The notes beneath the pieces are model-generated. The model did not search any database, was not told the DNA's origin, and saw only the letters and a list, made by a program, of their open reading frames with translations. DNA of 64,000 nt from positions 26,784,001 to 26,848,000 of the forward strand of contig NC_082722.1 in NCBI RefSeq assembly GCF_030144855.1. Reading direction: 5' to 3'. A program made the position numbers and the translations under genes. The stretch comes from Hypanus sabinus. Lineage: Eukaryota. Position 1 is the first letter of the stretch; each line of letters begins with the position of its first letter. Of the stretch, positions 12,331 through 24,618 are shown in pieces.

Positions 12331-15308
12331 AAGTGATGAAATTATAATTTACAGGTTGTTTTCGCTTGTTAGGCAATTTTTCCTACGATTTCGATTTTCT
12401 TTTTTTGATTCGAAAAATACAGATGTCTCCACCCATCTTCAAATTCATTTACACAGCTATGTCAGTCTAGAATCTATCTCTGTTGCGGATTTAATTACAT
12501 AAATAATAACCTTTTTATTCATAGAACGGCCACTTGTTTGTTTCAGTGCGCGATCTGACGTCGATATCCGACCACATTTCATTATTTTCTGCATTAAATG
12601 GAACTAAACGGCAATCATTTTCTAAATAGGCACTTATGATGTAACCGTTCACGCTGAAAGGCTGTCAACAACTGATACGATTAAAGAGTAAAATTAAAAC
12701 TCTGTTTTATTTAACATTCTGATGTAGCATCTCATTTTTCTCTTTCCAGAATGCACACGCCGTAGAATCGAAACACGGATATCGCAGAATAACATCAGAA
12801 ACATTCAGTTGCGTGGAAGAGGACTTGAAGTTACTTTACCTTAAAAAAATCCATTGTCTGTAACCGACACGTCGAGCTTTAAAAATAAAGCCAACAGTCT
12901 GCAAATCGATTTTTGAGACGCATATAAATTTTAACCACAAAGGCTCTCCATGATATCATCAGCGTGCACGTTAGAGTATTTATATTCACTGCTATGTGTA
13001 ATTTCCTATTAACCTGCACGAGCAGTTTGTTGTTGATTTGTAACTGAAAGGAAACATTGAATCCTGGAGTGCATCACGGCCGAAGGCTGTTCCACCGGTT
13101 TCATCCATTCAGAACGAAAATATTTACGTAGCAGTTCTTATACCTGAGTGCAGCATGGTAACACTTCCTCTAACAACTTTTTCTACATACCTACCGTCCT
13201 CTGTCTGAAAACAATGCCGTGCCCAGCTCCCCTTTAAATCTTTTCTCTCTCGGTTCACAGCTGTGTCTTCTAGATTTGGATCCCCTGTCTGGAGAAATGG
13301 ACTATAAACGTCTTGTATATTAATGTCCGTAACAATTGATTTTATTTTTCAAATTCATAAAGTTATCCCTCAGTCACCTGTACTCGAGAGTAAACCGTCC
13401 CTGTCTATCCAATCTCTCTGTGCTACTACAGCCTTCCATCCCAGGTAATGTCCCAGAAAATAAATCTCTTTTGCAATCGTTCTAACTCTAGTACGTGCTA
13501 TCTGTGGACCACAAGAGCACATGACACTCCAAGACCGGCCTCGCCATTGTCTAATGGTACAAATTGCTGTTTCAGCTCTTGTCAAAATACTGCCATGAGG
13601 GCAAGTAAGCTAATTTTCTTCTCATCTGGATCCTGATGTGTCGTCGTTAAGTGCACACTAAAATCCCTTTGTGCATCAACGCTTCTAAGATCCCTCCAGT
13701 ATATCCTGTCACTATTCACGTCTGGGAAAATCATAAGCACAGGAGACTCTGAAATCCAGACTAACAAACACAAAATGCTGGAGAATATCAGCAGATCAAG
13801 CGGCATCTCTGACAGGGGCTCACAACCTCGTTTAATGGTGGGAGTCCATGGCATGAAAAGGTTGGAAACACCTGGTATATTGATAGGTATGATATAAAAT
13901 ATCAACGGTTTGGGTCGAGACCCCTTTTCAGTCTTTGAAGTGGATATAACCTTCATTAGCCTAGTTTCTTTTCTTAGCGGAAGGAAAGCAAAGTTCCATA
14001 TACTTATTTTGTAACAGCAGCATGGATATCCGTGCACCAGCCACTTTCCTTCAAGAGTAAATACAACTCTTTGGTAGAAAGTGAGAATCAAACCAGTTTC
14101 GTGAGATGAAACGGTTTATTTAGTTTCTAAGATTGGTGAATTAGGGGCTGAAGTACTATATTAAGCGAAGCTAGTAACACACATATTAATTCTGTAGACT
14201 CTTAGAACGTTGGTAAACAGAAAAAAGCCATTTCGCTTGCATTGCATATTTTTTTGTATTATATTTACAATGAATATTCTAACTTTCCTCCGGAATAAGC
14301 TTTCAATAATTGGCTGGAATACAAATGGCTCCTTAGCTTGTAGTGACCGTGCAAAAAAACTGCGGAGCGTGGATGTGAATTCGGGAATCTTTGCAGATAT
14401 TCGTATATTGCTAAGAAAATGTGATTTAAAAAATACTTCACATTCTGAAAACAAACATTTTAAATTGCTAAGACAATGTAAATCCTATGATATTTTAAGA
14501 CATTTATTTAATCGTAAAAGCTTGCAAATCTACATTTCTGAATATGAAAACAGGTTTCGCCCGTTCACCCATTTTACCCTTCTGCACAGTCAACATTATA
14601 TTTATTTTAGTTTCACGGTCTGTCTTTGATAATGGTTGATAACTTCACAGAACGTAACTTCTAAATTGAAAAGGAATGTAACCGGGAAAATCTAAATGTT
14701 CTCAACTTCATAAAGAGCTTCACAAAAATTTTTATAGCCAGATATTGCCTCTAAAGATCCAAGAGTACATTGTCTTCAGGTTATGTACATAATGACCGAA
14801 ATTACTGCAACACAGGAAAACACTGAGCTCCAAGTAACAAAAACCCACCTGTCAATCTACTAGGTAAGGGGTGGCAGATTTTCGATCGAACTTTAGTTCC
14901 CAGAATTTTTGACAATTATTCACACAGCCAGAATCTACAACCCACAGAGACAGCAGGTGAAGTTGACTTTTGCCTATCGTTAAAGTGATAATTTGCAACA
15001 TTATTATTTCAATGCGTCGGTTGCGGTCCTTAGCATTCAGCCGCTCTCTTAAACGGTTTGCATTAATGTTCATATAAAAGACTGGATGTAAATGCGAGAA
15101 TGAGCATTACTCGACAGCACAACATTTCATAATGAATTGAAAATCAGCAAAAGGCAGTTTATTTATAAAGACAAACAATACTGTTACAGCTAGTCGCTGA
15201 TAATCAATGAGATACATATACACCGGTGGCCACTTTGTTTCAGACTCAATTGCCTCTGCAGCCGCGGCATGATTTACTTTCACAGATCACAAGTGCTGAA
15301 ATTAACAA

Positions 15309-16281
15309 ATAAGAGAAAGTATGCCAATGCTGGAAATTCAAGCGCACACAATACATGCTGGAGGAACTCAGAGACCGGGCAGCAGCTAATGAAGAAAGCA
15401 CAGTCGATGATTCGGGCAGGACTGGAGAAAACAAAAAGATGTGGAATAGATTAAAAAGGTGGGGGGAGGGGAGGGAGGAAAACATGTTGACAGATGAAAG
15501 TCGGGAGTGGGAGGTATGAAGTAAAGAGCAAAGAAGTATATTGGTGAAATGGATACAAGGCTGGCGAAGGGGGAGTGATAGGAGAGGAGAGATGACCATG
15601 AAATAAAGAAAAGAGGGAAGGGGGTGAGGTGCAGCAGAGAGAGGCGATGGGCAGGAAAGGAGGTACTTCCATGCGTCCCTCCCCACTGTTCTCACTCCTG
15701 TTAGTTATCCTTGCAATTGGAACAAGAGGTACACCTACCCTAACGCACTACCATTCAGGGCCCCAACCAGTCCTTCACCCGTGAGTCTGTTGAGCTCATT
15801 GGGTGCCGGTGCTCACGGTATGGCCAGGAGACCGCTCCGCCGAGCACCTACACTCCGTCCGCCAGAAGAATCAAAATCTCCCAGTGGTCACCCATTTTAA
15901 TTCCTCTTCCCATCTCTATTCAGATATGTCAATCCATTGTCCTCTCCTGTTTTCATGAGGCTACACTCAAGTTCGAGGAACAACACCTCATATTCCGTCT
16001 GGGTATCCTCCAACCTGAAGGCAAGAACATCGATTTCTCAAGCTTCCAGTAATGCCACTTCACTTCATTCACTATTCCCATCCCCCTTAACCTTCTCTCA
16101 CTTTATCTCCTTGTCGACACATCGCCAGTCTTCTGGTGCTCTATTCCTCAACTTTAAATCAACACTTAATCCTTTTTTCTCCAGTCTTGCCGAAGCAACT
16201 CGGCCCGAAACGTTGACTGTACTTATTTCCATATATAATGCCTGGCTTGCTGAGTTCCGCCAGTGTTTTGTGTGCGTTTGT
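15309..16281 (+). mobile_element. Penelope-like element 3' fragment with inverted 5' terminal repeat and 12-bp TSD
   Basis: TGAAATTAACAA at 15297-15308 and 16282-16293. GIY-YIG C-terminal motif EEQHLIFRLGILQPEGKNIDFS near 15975-16040. Terminal repeat is in inverted orientation at the 5' side. Confidence 0.75.
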
Positions 16282-16329
16282 TGAAATTAACAATTTGGTC
16301 TCTGGCGCTCTGCATCGTCCATCGTCTGC

Positions 16330-16730
16330 ACCATAGAAGGATGAGAGGTGATCTGACTGAAACATATAAGATTACTACGGGATTGGACACACTGGAGGCA
16401 GGAAGCATGTTCTCGCTGATGGGTGAGTCAAGAACTAAATGCCACAGTTTACGAATAAGGGGTAGGCCATTTAGAACAGCGATGCAGAAAAACTTTTTCA
16501 CCCAGAGAGTGGTGGATATGTGGAATGCTTTGCCCGAGAAGGCAGTGGAGGCCAAGTCCCTGGATGCATTCAAGAGAGAGTTAGGTAGAGCTCTTCTAGA
16601 TAGCGGGGTCAAGGATATGGGGAGAGGGCAGGAACGGGGTACTGATTGTGTATGATCAGCCATGATCACAGTGAATGGCGGTGCTGGCTAGAAGGGCCGA
16701 ATGGACTACTTCTGCACCTACTGTCTATTG
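16330..16730 (+). mobile_element. CR1 LINE 3' fragment
   Basis: RRMRGDLTETYKI...FFTQRVVDMWNALP C-terminal CR1 ORF2 motifs followed by a CR1-type 3' UTR. Confidence 0.85.
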
Positions 16731-17689
16731 CCTTAATATCAAAAACGCATCGGCATGTATGCAGAAACTAGAATTTGCAACGTACGCAGATGTAAATCCT
16801 TTATAGAAGCGAGAAGCTGAAAATCGAAGCAAACTTTCGCAACTAGAACTACGAATAAATACAGGTCCAATGTATTGTTAGTTTGATTTCAACGTAGTTA
16901 GGGTTACGAGAGACAATGGTGGATATTGAAGTGTCCTTTACACCTTCCTTGAGTGGAGCGTTAGGCGGAAGTGCCTATTGACCAATAGGTATTCACTGTT
17001 TTAAGTGTTGAAAATGCGAACAAAAATGCAAGCTTACATATGAAGAAAAGCAAAGCTTTGTTTCAACTCATTTACATTGTTACAAATGTGAACATTATCT
17101 CTGCTGTCACGTTGTCTAAATAACGCCACATCCTCTTGCCTTAACTTATCTCATAACGAAGACAACCAAACGGCAATTAATGCAAATGTTGAAGTAATTT
17201 CCTTTCACTTAACTAAATAGCTATACCTTTTAAAATGTATCTACAACTTGACTTTATTTAATCATTTGTTAAGAACTGCCCTGCATTAGCACAAGCTAAA
17301 GAACAAAATCGAAACAACCAAACTGTGAGAAACATGCACTGTCCTGGAATAATCGACATATGCTGCAGTGAAGCCGGAAAATTCAAGTTTCACCAACTGG
17401 TTCCATTATTACAAATAAGTTTTGCTCACGTTTTCTGACGAAAAAATCTAGGACCAGACCACCTCTAGAATGGAAAGTGAAGGTAAGTTGTTTATATCCA
17501 TCATTGTTAAAATGAAATGGCCTTTAGGTACCAGCTCACCAGTGAGTACCTCAATAGCATGCGTCGGAAATAAGTTCCCCTAATGAAGACTGCCCAACAT
17601 TTAGATGAAAGCTATCAGCAGAGAAACTGTATTCGCACCCATAGACACGATAATCGCAGTGACAAATTTATTAACTACATGAAGTACCC

Positions 17690-19562
17690 AATGAGGTGGC
17701 CACTGAGTGTATTTCTTTATGTGCGTGGTCTTTTGCTCTTACAGCCCATCCACTTCAAGGTTCGACGTTTCCTGCTTTCAGAGATGCTCTTCTGTACACC
17801 ATCTCAGTAACACCTGTTTACTGTCTCCTCCCTGTCAGCTGAACCAGTCTAGCCAGTCTTCTCTGGACTCTCTCATTAACAATCAGTTTTCTCCAAATAA
17901 CTGTCACTCACTGGATGCTTTTCACCGTTTCCGCACCATTTTCTTCATAACCATATAACCATATAGCAATCACAGCACGGAAACAGGCCATCTCGGCCCT
18001 CCTAGTCCCACCTTCCCGCACTCAGCCCATAACCCTCCACTCCTTTCCTGTCCATATACCTATCCAATTTTACCTTAAATGACACAACTGAACTGGCCTC
18101 TACTACTTCTACAGGAAGCTCATTCCACACAGCTATCACTCTTTGAGTAAAGAAATACCCCCTCGTGTTTCCCTTAAACTTCTGCCCCCTAACTCTCAAA
18201 TCATGTCCTCTCGTTTGAATCTCCCCTACGCTCAATGGAAACAGCCTATTCACGTCAACTCTATCTATCCCTCTCAAAATTTTAAATACCTCGATCAAAT
18301 CCCCCCTCAACCTTCTACACTCCAATGAATAGAGACCTAACTTGTTCAACCTTTCTCTGAAACTTAAGTGCTGAAACCCAGGTAACATCCTAGTAAATAG
18401 TCTCTGCACTCTCTCTAATTTATTGGTATCTTTCCTATAATTCGGTGACCAGAACTGCACACAATATTCTAAATTTGACCTTACCAATGCCTTGTACAAT
18501 TTTGACATTACATCCCAACTTCTGTACTCAATGCTTTGATTTATAAAGGCCCGCGTTCCAAAAGTCTTCTTCACCACCCTATCTACATGAGACTCCACCT
18601 TCAGGGAACTATGCACTGTTATTCCTAGATCTCTCTGTTCCTCTGCATTCCTCAATGCCCTACCATTTTCCCTGTATGTTCTATTTGGATTATTCGTGCC
18701 AAAATGTAGAACCTCACACTTCTCAGCATTAAACTCCATCTGCCAACGTTCAGCCCATTCTTCTAAACGGCATCAATCTCCCTGCAAGCTTTGAAAACCC
18801 ACCTCATTATCCACAACACCTCCTACCTTAGTATAATCGGCATGCTTACTAATCCATTTTACCACCCCATCATCCTGATCATTTATGTATATTACAAACA
18901 ACATTGGGCCCAAAACAGATCCCTGAGGCACCCCGCTAGTCCCGATAAACAATTATCCACCACTACTCTCTGGCATCTCCCATCTAGCCACTGTTGAATA
19001 CATTTTATTACTCCAGCATTAATACCTAACGACCGAACCTTCTGAACAAACCTTCCATGTGAAACTTTGTCAAAGGCTTTGCTGAAGTCCATATAGACTA
19101 CATCCACTACCTTACCCTCGTCAACATTCCTCGTAACTTCTTCAAAAAATTCAATAAGGTTTGTCAAACATGACCTTCCACGCACAAATCCATGCTGGCT
19201 ACTCCTAATCAGATCCTGTCTATCCAGATAATTATTAATACTATCTCTAAGAATACTTTCCATTGATTTACCCACCACTGATGTCAAATGTCTTCAGAGA
19301 ACGTTGTACATGAAAAACCCAGCCGATCAACAGTTTCTGAGATATCAAATCAACTCGCCTGGCACCAACAATCATTCCATTGCCAAAATCACTTAGATCG
19401 CATTTCTTCCCCATTCTGATGTTTGGTCTGATCAACAACTGATCGTCTTGACCACGTCTGCATGTTTTTACGCTTCGCTTTGCTAAGACCTGTTTGTCTG
19501 ACTAGAGGTTTGCATTAACGAGCAGGTGTGCAGGCGCACCCAGCAAAATGGCCAGTAAATAT
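17690..19562. mobile_element. Non-autonomous Tc1-like element interrupted by a CR1
   Basis: GTGGCCACTGAGTGTA-type terminal motif at 17697 and TGGCCAGTAAATATA at 19550; Tc1-like internal sequence continues across the CR1. Left end uncertain. Confidence 0.6.
17946..19288 (-). mobile_element. Relatively well preserved CR1 3' part
   Basis: ORFs 18892-19287 (QHGFVRGRSCLTNLIEFF, YMDFSKAFDKV) and 18002-18739 (245 aa, QRDLGI, YCVQFWSP); (ATATGGTT)-type tail at 17946. Confidence 0.92.
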
Positions 19563-20999
19563 ACATCTAATTATTCGAACAATGCCGGCAACAGAATAAC
19601 ATGCAGTTTTGGCATTGCGGCAACATTTGGGGCTGTTCAATGTGCCACGCTGCAGTGAACTGTTGGAGGTGGCTCAAAAGAGAAGGCAGTTTACCTTCTA
19701 ATAAGACGGAGATTTCAGACTCGTCTGGAATTTTACCAGCCTGCAGCCAAATGAGAAAACAACATAGCAGAAGTACGGGACTAAGCAATTCGTGAATGTT
19801 TCACCATTCAATAAAATAGTGACTCATCTGACGGTAACATCAAATCTCCACCCCGCCCATTCACAGTAACTTTCGACTTCTTGCTTCCTGAGCAGATTTC
19901 ATTGTCTACATTAAAATATGGTTTTCAATGTTTCCTTTCAGGAAAAGAGCTCCAAAGACTCTCCAAACACTGAGAATATTTTATTTTTCCTCAGATGGGC
20001 TTATAAGCCTTTCATAGCTACCCCTTTGCAGTGCCATCAAGATGAAGTACATATCAATTGATAGCACTTTTACTTTTCTAAACGTCAGTAGATCCAAATG
20101 TGGCCCGGCCAACATGCTTTATCTGACTTCTCAGCTATTCTAAGGATAATTCTTGCATACCATCACGCAGAACTGTTTCCAACGTGATCAAAGTATATGC
20201 GTGTCGCCGTATACAACTCTTCGATTTATGTTTTGAGACCATACTCAATAAATTTAATGATAACAGGACGGAAAACCATTGTGAAAAAGGTAACAGCTAT
20301 GTAAATACAAATATAGATGAAAAGAATCATATAAAACATATTATATAATAATAAATTCTTATTAACGAATATATGTTACAGCACTTGAAACAATCATAAA
20401 CAATTCTGAAAAAAAGTTCCCGCCACTAAACTTAAATGAGAGCAAGGAGCAGAAACTGAGGACTTTATCACTATTGAACTAAAACAAGGAATTAATTTGT
20501 ATATGTGGTAATATTTGCTCTGCACACAAGATGTTGAAAAAATATTGTAGCTACTGTGAGTGGCTGTGGTTGGATAGCTCGATTTCCCACCACACAGGAT
20601 GCAAATTGTGAACAATTTTATCAACTCTCTTACAGGGTATGTCAAGGTTACAAATTCAGGCGATTATTACTGAGATCAAAACGAATTAATAGTCGTCTAA
20701 TGTATTTGTTTGTCGCACGTGCTGCAAATTAACAATTCAAACGTGTTTTGCAAAATTTCTCAAAATCTTTACCTCTTTCCCCATTCAACAGAGGGAGTGA
20801 AACAGAAGTCGCAATATCCAGCTGAATTTCGATAGGGTGAGAATATAAAGGGTAGAGAGTTGAGTGCAAATGGAATTCGAAAGCAAATAAATTCCAGCTG
20901 TCATTTTACAGACCATTTTTACAGCTGTGCCATATTCTACTGCAAGCGATCCCCACTGTCCATATCTGTAAATTGCTTGAACCAGTTTAATACATTATC

Positions 21000-21600
21000 G
21001 TACGAATCATTAATAGAGATGAGAAACTAACAACGTAACCAACACCGATCCCTGCAGCACACCTCTAGTTACAGGCCTCCAGATAGAGAAAAGCCATCTA
21101 CTAACATTCCCTGGCTTTCCTGCAAAACCACTGTTAAATACATTTTACTACTTCATCCTGAATGTCAACCGAACCTTCTTGATTAGACTCCTATTGCGGA
21201 CTTTGCCAAGGGGTTTGCCATGTACACAACATCCACTGCATTTCCTTTACCATAATCTCGAGTAAATTTTTCGATAACATCTTAAAGATAAGCTGGACAC
21301 TGCTTAACATGCAGAACCTCTTGATGGCTATTCCTACTACTATCTAAATAGTTATGTATCGTGTCAGTTCTAATATTTCCAATAAGTTACCTTTTACAAA
21401 CGTCAGGCTCACCATCCCTAAAGATCCCGGCGTATTTTTGGAGCCTTTCTTGAATAACTGTAAAACATTAGTCATATCTAATCCTTCGGCACTTCACCCG
21501 TGGGTCAGGACATTTTGAATACTTCTATCAAGACACCTTAAAATTCTGCACAAACCTCCTTAAAAGGTCGGATGGGAGTCTATCTTGGACCCTGAGGACT
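21000..21600 (-). mobile_element. Degenerate CR1 fragment
   Basis: Decayed RT-region similarity to the other CR1 copies in the window. Confidence 0.45.
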
Positions 21601-23104
21601 TATATAAACTAATTAGCCTTATAGCAACAAGTACATAAACATGTCATATTTTGGGTTTGTAGTTCAGTTTTGATTCAAAATTAAAAAAAGACAGAAAGGA
21701 ACACTTTCTAAAGCCAACAGGCTGCTGCAAACTCAATCATGTGATAAAGCTGAAAGACCTTTCAAAATTGAACGTATTCCTCACTTTACACGCCTAAGGT
21801 TCACCTTCTTGTTGTCTTCTTCGAATTCCTCCTTTCATCTGTCTCAGCAAGATGACTCGAGCTTAGTTTGATTATTTTGCACTGTATTTGCTGGACGGTG
21901 ACTGCACGTGTTGTGTGGGAATACATGGACTGTATTTTGCAGTTGATTACAGAAGAAGGATGTTTCATTTAGTCATGTACATCTGTGTGGTTTAATAAAT
22001 ATGAACTTGAACTTGAACTTAAAATAACCTATAAGATACTTGTAATCTATGGCAGGTAACTAATTTGATAGTGATATACCATTGTAATTGGCGGGAAGAT
22101 AAAGGAATTTACTTTAACTAAATGGATGGTAAACAACCAATATAACTATCTTTTTATTCAAGCTCCCCCAACTCCATTGGAAATCGTTCCTATTGGAGGG
22201 TTTTCCTCTCTTCGGAAGTTCCTCTGAAAGACAGCTGCCTTCTACCCGAAGGAATTGCTAATCATCTGGCAAAAAAAAAAACAGGCAAATTCACAATGTA
22301 ATAGACAATAAACCGGACAATGGAGGGTTTATATGAGGCTTAAAGTTTATTGAAAATTAAACAGTCTGCTTGAGGGAAAAGGTGTTTACATCTGTCTGGT
22401 GTCGCATGTCTCCCTCACGGTGCCTGCCTGTTTCAGCTACATCCTACAGCAAAGTACGATGATGTTTTGATGAAGTCATGATGTTGGGTCATGGAGATCG
22501 GCATGTTCAGAATCTTTTGCACTCAATATAAGATGGAGGAGCTTACAAGTTATAGTGGTGGGGTCAATGTGACCAAGTAAGAATAGTAACTGAACAGCTA
22601 CCACGGAAGAATGAGTAAGTTTAAAGATCAGTAATTGACGGTGAATGGTAAAAGTGAAAAGTGTTCAAAAGCTTATGGGTTGTACCCGCCGGTTTAAAGC
22701 GTGCAGCACGAATGATGAAATTGAAATCGTGCAATAGTTGTAAGGTAGTAATCTTCTCGACATTTGCTAAAAATATGACAAAGAATCTCTCCCTCAGGGT
22801 GCCTGTCAGTTTCAGCTACATCTTGGAGCAAGATAGGCTGGTGTCTTGATTGCGTCCTGATGTAAGATCTCGGACCGAAATGCCGTTATTTTATTTCTCT
22901 GCTCATCTGCTACATACCTTCATTTTTTGTGTGTTACTCGGAATTTTGAAAATGCTCAGAATCTCTAGCGCTCCGGGCAAGATGGAAACGATTCCAAATC
23001 ATACAGGTGCTTCGATCAAATATGTTCAAGAATAGTCACAGAAGGGCTAACCAAACACGGAAGAAGGGCGAAATTTTCAGATAACTTGATTACAGTGAAC
23101 ATTC

Positions 23105-24618
23105 CTTCTTTCTCAATCTTTTTTTATTAAGGTTCGAATTAATAAACATAACAATGATAATAATACAAAGACATCGGGATTATATTACTAACGGTCAACG
23201 CATACAAACACAGACTCCGAGTAACATTTGTAATCTAAGCCTCCCTATCTCTTAATAACTGAACATGAAAAAGATTCAAAAACTTTTACACAAAAAAAAA
23301 ACAAAAGTCGACCTAAACTAAATAAAAAATAAACAAAAAAAACAAGACTAAACAAAACAAAAGCTGGGCTGCCGTGTTTAATCAGTTAAATCATTATTTG
23401 TTTTTAACTCCGCTCCTCTATACATGAACAGAGGGTTATTGAGAGGGATTCGGAAATGGTCAGCTTATATTATATGATGATGTTGAATAAAGACCACCAA
23501 GTTTCTTGAAAATTTAACTGCAGGATCAAAAGTGCCACTCCTAATTCTTGTTAGGTTTAAACACGTTATTCTTTGGGAAAACCCCTGATATGTAATAGGG
23601 TGATTAGAATCTTTGCATTTAAATAAAATGGAACTTCTGACTATTAATGTAACAAATGCAACCAAACAGCAAGTTGAAGTGGGTGAATTACTAGAGTCCA
23701 TCAAGGGTAATACAAAAATTGCAGTAATAGGATGAGGCAGTAAATCAATGTGAAATACTACTGTCTTTCCAATATTTTTCGAGAAGAGTACATGACCCGA
23801 ACAGATGTGTCAAGGAAGTTACTTCCGAATTACATCTGTCAGAGACAAGATTTATTTGACAATAAAAATGAGCGAACTTATCCTTAGACATCCGGGCCAC
23901 ATGAACCACCTTAAATTGTATCAAAGCGTCATTAGTAAAAATTGAAGGAGTGTTAACTGGTTGGAGAATTTTATCCCATTTCTCTGTAAGAAGTTCCCTT
24001 TCCTAATCATTCTTAATTTTATCAGATCTACCAAGACGTACTTTCACAATCAGATCATAAATAATTGCCATTAACCTCTTCTGAAATGGGTTTAAACCTA
24101 ATTTTGTTTCTGTAATTTCAGTTTGATATGGTATCAGAAAAGTAGGTAAAATAACATTCCAAAAGTTTCTAATCTGTCAATATTTGAAAATATGAGATCT
24201 AGGCAAATTATATTTATTAGACAACTGTTCAGAAGATAAGCGACAGGCTTCCATAAATAAATCACGAAAACATGTTATTCCCTTCGTTTTCCATAAAAGA
24301 AAAGCTTGATCAGTTCTGGATGGTTGGAAGAAGAATTGGAGATAATGGAACTTGATAGAAGAAATTTATTGAATCCAAAAAATTTGCGATATTGAAACCA
24401 TATTCGTATTGCATGTTTAGTTATTGGACTAGTCGTTTGTTCATTCAGTTTAATAAATGCAAAGGGAAGCGAGGCTCCAAAAATAGAAGTGAATGAGAAC
24501 CCCTGTACAGACTCGCACTCGAGGTTTACCCAACGCAGACATTGAATTTCATCCGAATCTTTGTCCAGAACGTTAACTATAGAAGATTAATGGACCAATA
24601 ATAGAATCTAAAGTTCGG
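23105..24618 (-). mobile_element. 5'-truncated L1/Tx1-type LINE in the gene B C1-TM intron, 5-bp TSD
   Basis: Minus strand carries DRCNSEVTSLTHLFGSCTLLEKYWKD (decayed Cys/His knuckle of L1 ORF2). CATTC at 23100-23104 and 24619-24623; the gene A copy has a single CATTC at about 2589-2593. Confidence 0.8.

Larger units (their letters stand above)
15286..16806 (+). pseudogene. Orphan T2-type tail exon relic (gene D) split by a Penelope-like and a CR1 insertion
   Basis: Removing 15309-16293 (insert plus one TSD copy) gives TTCACAG|ITSAEINNLVSGALH, colinear with T2 TRRGADKTLTQAALQ. After the CR1 the sequence reads KNASACMQKLEFATYADVNPL* followed by GAAGCTGAAAATCG, as after T2. Confidence 0.7.

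Noticed and set aside
11762-12376. 204-aa ORF and similar 100-150 aa ORFs at 15246, 29759 and 42119
   Set aside because: Chance frames across pyrimidine-rich Penelope-like termini.
17452-17482. 31-nt AG...GTAAG micro-exon candidate
   Set aside because: No counterpart in the other paralogues and the phase does not fit the gene model.
20786-20960. Possible relic V exon for gene B (VKQ...YP...GEN...AIFYCK)
   Set aside because: Too short, contains a stop, lacks the B-strand Cys and Trp, and has no convincing nucleotide similarity to the A or C V exons.
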